A DNA stretch of 63,997 nt, the filler included, from Choristocarpus tenellus KU-1152 (taxonomy: Eukaryota; Protista; Phaeophyceae): assembly GCA_964200185.2 (NCBI GenBank). It is 8 parts of 8 records of this genome, joined end to end, with 100 filler letters (N's around TTAATTAATTAA, not from the genome) between each part and the next. Parts side by side here need not be neighbours in the genome. Positions count along the whole stretch, not along the records: positions 58,011 to 61,358 come from CAXNAD020020642.1; positions 61,459 to 63,997 come from CAXNAD020026940.1; 6 more parts are not named here. One strand, given 5' to 3'. A model generated the notes under the pieces. That model had not been told where the DNA came from. It was given only the letters and a program-made list of their open reading frames with translations, and did not search any database. This document shows positions 61,181-63,997 of this stretch, piece after piece. Position 1 is the stretch's first letter, and each line of letters starts with the position of its first letter. Made by a program: the position numbers and the translations under genes.

Positions 61181-63997
61181 CTTTACAAATGTGGAGATAA
61201 GCTGCAACTCACTCAACAATTTTGGTCATCCACAATGATTTCCCTAACCCTAAACAAACCATCTTTCAAAAAAGAGTTTTCCTTACCCTCCACCCTCTTC
61301 ACAAGAAAAAGGCGGTCAACAGGCACAAACGTATTTGAAGAGCTAGGGGGGGGGGGGGNNNNNNNNNNNNNNNNNNNNNNNNNNNNNNNNNNNNNNNNNN
61401 NNTTAATTAATTAANNNNNNNNNNNNNNNNNNNNNNNNNNNNNNNNNNNNNNNNNNNNGGGGATGCATCAGGAGGTTGAAGGTGGGAATTACAACGCCCG
61501 GACTCCACCATTAATATGGTCTTGAACAAGCATGCAGCGGTGGAGGACCGCATGCGATCAACATTTCCTCTCCCATCACGTGAGTCATAAGGTTGGTGTG
61601 CTGCACCTACAGATTTCTTCTTACTTCCAAACACTTTCACCTCATTCCACAACTGGTCTCACATAGATGTATGGATCAAGACATAATGATCTATTCCCCT
61701 TTCCCCCATATTGTGGACTTTTTCATTTGCTGTCGTCCTGCATAGAGTACACAACACACATACAGATATACTGCTGACATTCGATAACTTCATGACATTG
61801 AAGCACCCTTCTTGTAGACAATACCACTGATAGTGAAATTACAGGCATTTCCTCCTGATCAAGTGAAATAATAATTACAGTTCTACAATCTGCATTGAGA
61901 ACTTTGATATACACGTTACAAATGATGCCTCCGTCTACTATACCCCTTCCTCACCTACACTACCAACCCCTACATTATATGTTAGATCATATTCCTCCAT
62001 CGCCAAACTTTAGTTCAACTTTCACAACTGCAGACTACTACTGAAAGAAACAGTTCTTGCGTAATGCTAATTTCGATCAGTTTGGAGAGTGATTCAGTGT
62101 GGCATGCTTTACTCTCTTGGCCTACCTCTACCACTACCACTACTGCCACTATTAATACCACAACTACATTACATCCTACTCGTGATCTGACACTTCAACA
62201 CAAATATATGTTATTGTCGTCAATGATATTAGCAATGGCACCAGTGGCTACTCACTACTACTATTGCTTCTACTACTAATAAAGCTACTCCTACATCCTC
62301 AGCCATATCTTCCTCCCTCCCAGCAATACTACTACATTCATTCCGTCCTGTCAACACAGAATCTGATCATTATCTCGTTTTCAGCAACAGTTTGTTTCAC
62401 TGATAAATAATGACTTCCCCACAGGGAGCATTCACGCAAGCTCTGGCCTGACGACTTGTCCAGGGTTTACAGCTAGGTGCGATATAGCCTTCCAATATGC
62501 AAACCTCTTGTGCTGGGACATGATGATGAGAGTATATATTGCGAGAAAATGATCCTTGTCCAACACACATTAGGCAGCTATGAACCGATTTACCATAGTG
62601 TCTCCTTATCCCGCTCTCTGGACGGTAGGACAATCCTTTTTACAAATTCACACGCCCCCTAAGAGACAGGAAAGAGTGAGGCCATCCGCCTGGGTGTGGT
62701 CGATCATGTCCATAGCCTACGCCACTGAGGCACGATTGAGTTAGACTTGGATACCAACCTGTACAGGGAACAGAACACATCTACCGACTACGGTCATATA
62801 GGGAAATCGGCAGCTTGGGAGCAGAGAGGAATAACTACCACTAACGTGTATGTGGATGGCAGTAGCTATGATCATGGTGATTTCGATAGTGGTGGGGACG
62901 TTAGGGAAGGTACAGGCCCTGGGGATTGGGAGGAGATACATGGTCATGAAGGACGAAGAAAGAGTCGAACAGGGTTGCCATCAAATACCAGTGAAAAATT
63001 ACGACTTTATGGATGGTCGTATCATTATCATGGCATCACCAGCAGCATTTTTGAAGCATTAAGGCAGTAGTTGGAGATAACTTGGCTGAACCCTATTGAC
63101 CAGCAGGTGCGGTCCAAACAAATGCAGTACACTTTCGAAGAATATACCAATAGGGTTCCTTCACTCCGGGCTATGCGATGCTCACAACCGAGAAGAGGAC
63201 AGAGAAGGAAGGGAAGAGAAATGCCAAGATGGGCCGAAAGAAGAAGGCAACCAAACAGTGACATGGGTTCAACCTTAACATGAGGTTGGGTGTGGAGTGA
63301 AGGGGTGGTTGCAACTTGCGACAACCTCCGCAAAAGGCTTATACCGCCAGATATTGCAAGCCCTGAACAAGGCATGGGAAGTCAAGGAGGGGGAGGAGCA
63401 TGCTCTGCAACCTCAAGTGATCTCTGCCGTACCTACCTCTACTTGAGCCGTTACCACAAGCACTACCACTACCACTACAACAACAACGAAGACTGCAATT
63501 TTGGGATTACTATCGAATGAATGATGTCCTCGTGGTGGCATCCTGCACGCGTTTATATATTTTTCACTGATTTTTTCGTGTATTTTTCGCAAGTCCGTGC
63601 TTTGTTGTGGACACCTACCACCTATGTAACCTTTTTGTGTTTAGTGCTGCAAGGAGTTGTATACCACAGATGCTATCGATTTTCTGTTCTCCTGTATTAT
63701 TATATCTTGTCTTTTCATGATCTACTGCTATTACTTTATCTACCTCTTGTTGTAGTCAAAATTCGAAGCACCATCGCTGCTTCCAGACTTGTTCAAAAGG
63801 GCCCTGTCCTCAGGCACATGGTAAAAACCAATTTGTAACGTTGTGTATCTGTTGTCGTTGTCGACCTCTCATATTCACAATTCTTTCGTAGTTGAGAGAT
63901 CAGTCTAGCTCCCCACTCCAAGAAAACACTCTTCTTCACCCCCCTGTTAACAGCCGATTTCAAAAAATGAGGATGGGCTTGACCCAAAATTGACTGG

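Noticed and set aside
61459-63997. Short ORFs in the last contig, and similar ones at 8200-9900, 12850-14750, 46100-47280 and 57390-57620
   Set aside because: Fragmented with no firm motif. They are probably decayed retroelements or unassignable exons and cannot be classified without a search.

Overview
This window is not one locus. It is eight eukaryotic contigs (1-15229, 15330-24696, 24797-33288, 33389-48716, 48817-54123, 54224-57910, 58011-61358, 61459-63997) joined by artificial 100-nt N44-TTAATTAATTAA-N44 linkers. The DNA is intron-rich and repeat-rich with many interstitial TTAGGG tracts. Gene content (mitochondrial-type FtsZ, a bipartite plastid-targeting-like leader) points to a photosynthetic stramenopile such as a brown alga or relative; this is inference. 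Manual splicing with GT-AG sites and phase checks recovers a complete 5-exon D-type-like cyclin with an LxCxE motif. It also recovers partial genes for a spherulin-4/GH135-like glycoside hydrolase, PGAP1/Bst1 GPI inositol-deacylase, a soluble (ADCY10-like) adenylyl cyclase head-to-head with an unknown gene, an RlmI-like rRNA methyltransferase and FtsZ. The rest is decayed Gypsy, Copia, RLE-type LINE and mariner remnants plus three MITE families with related AAAGTA-containing termini and 4-bp TSDs (Sola2-like). I found no convincing new multi-gene system. The best leads are the spherulin-4/GH135 gene, the three-family MITE cohort, telomeric repeats at a MITE terminus and a duplication junction, and the orphan gene paired with the cyclase.
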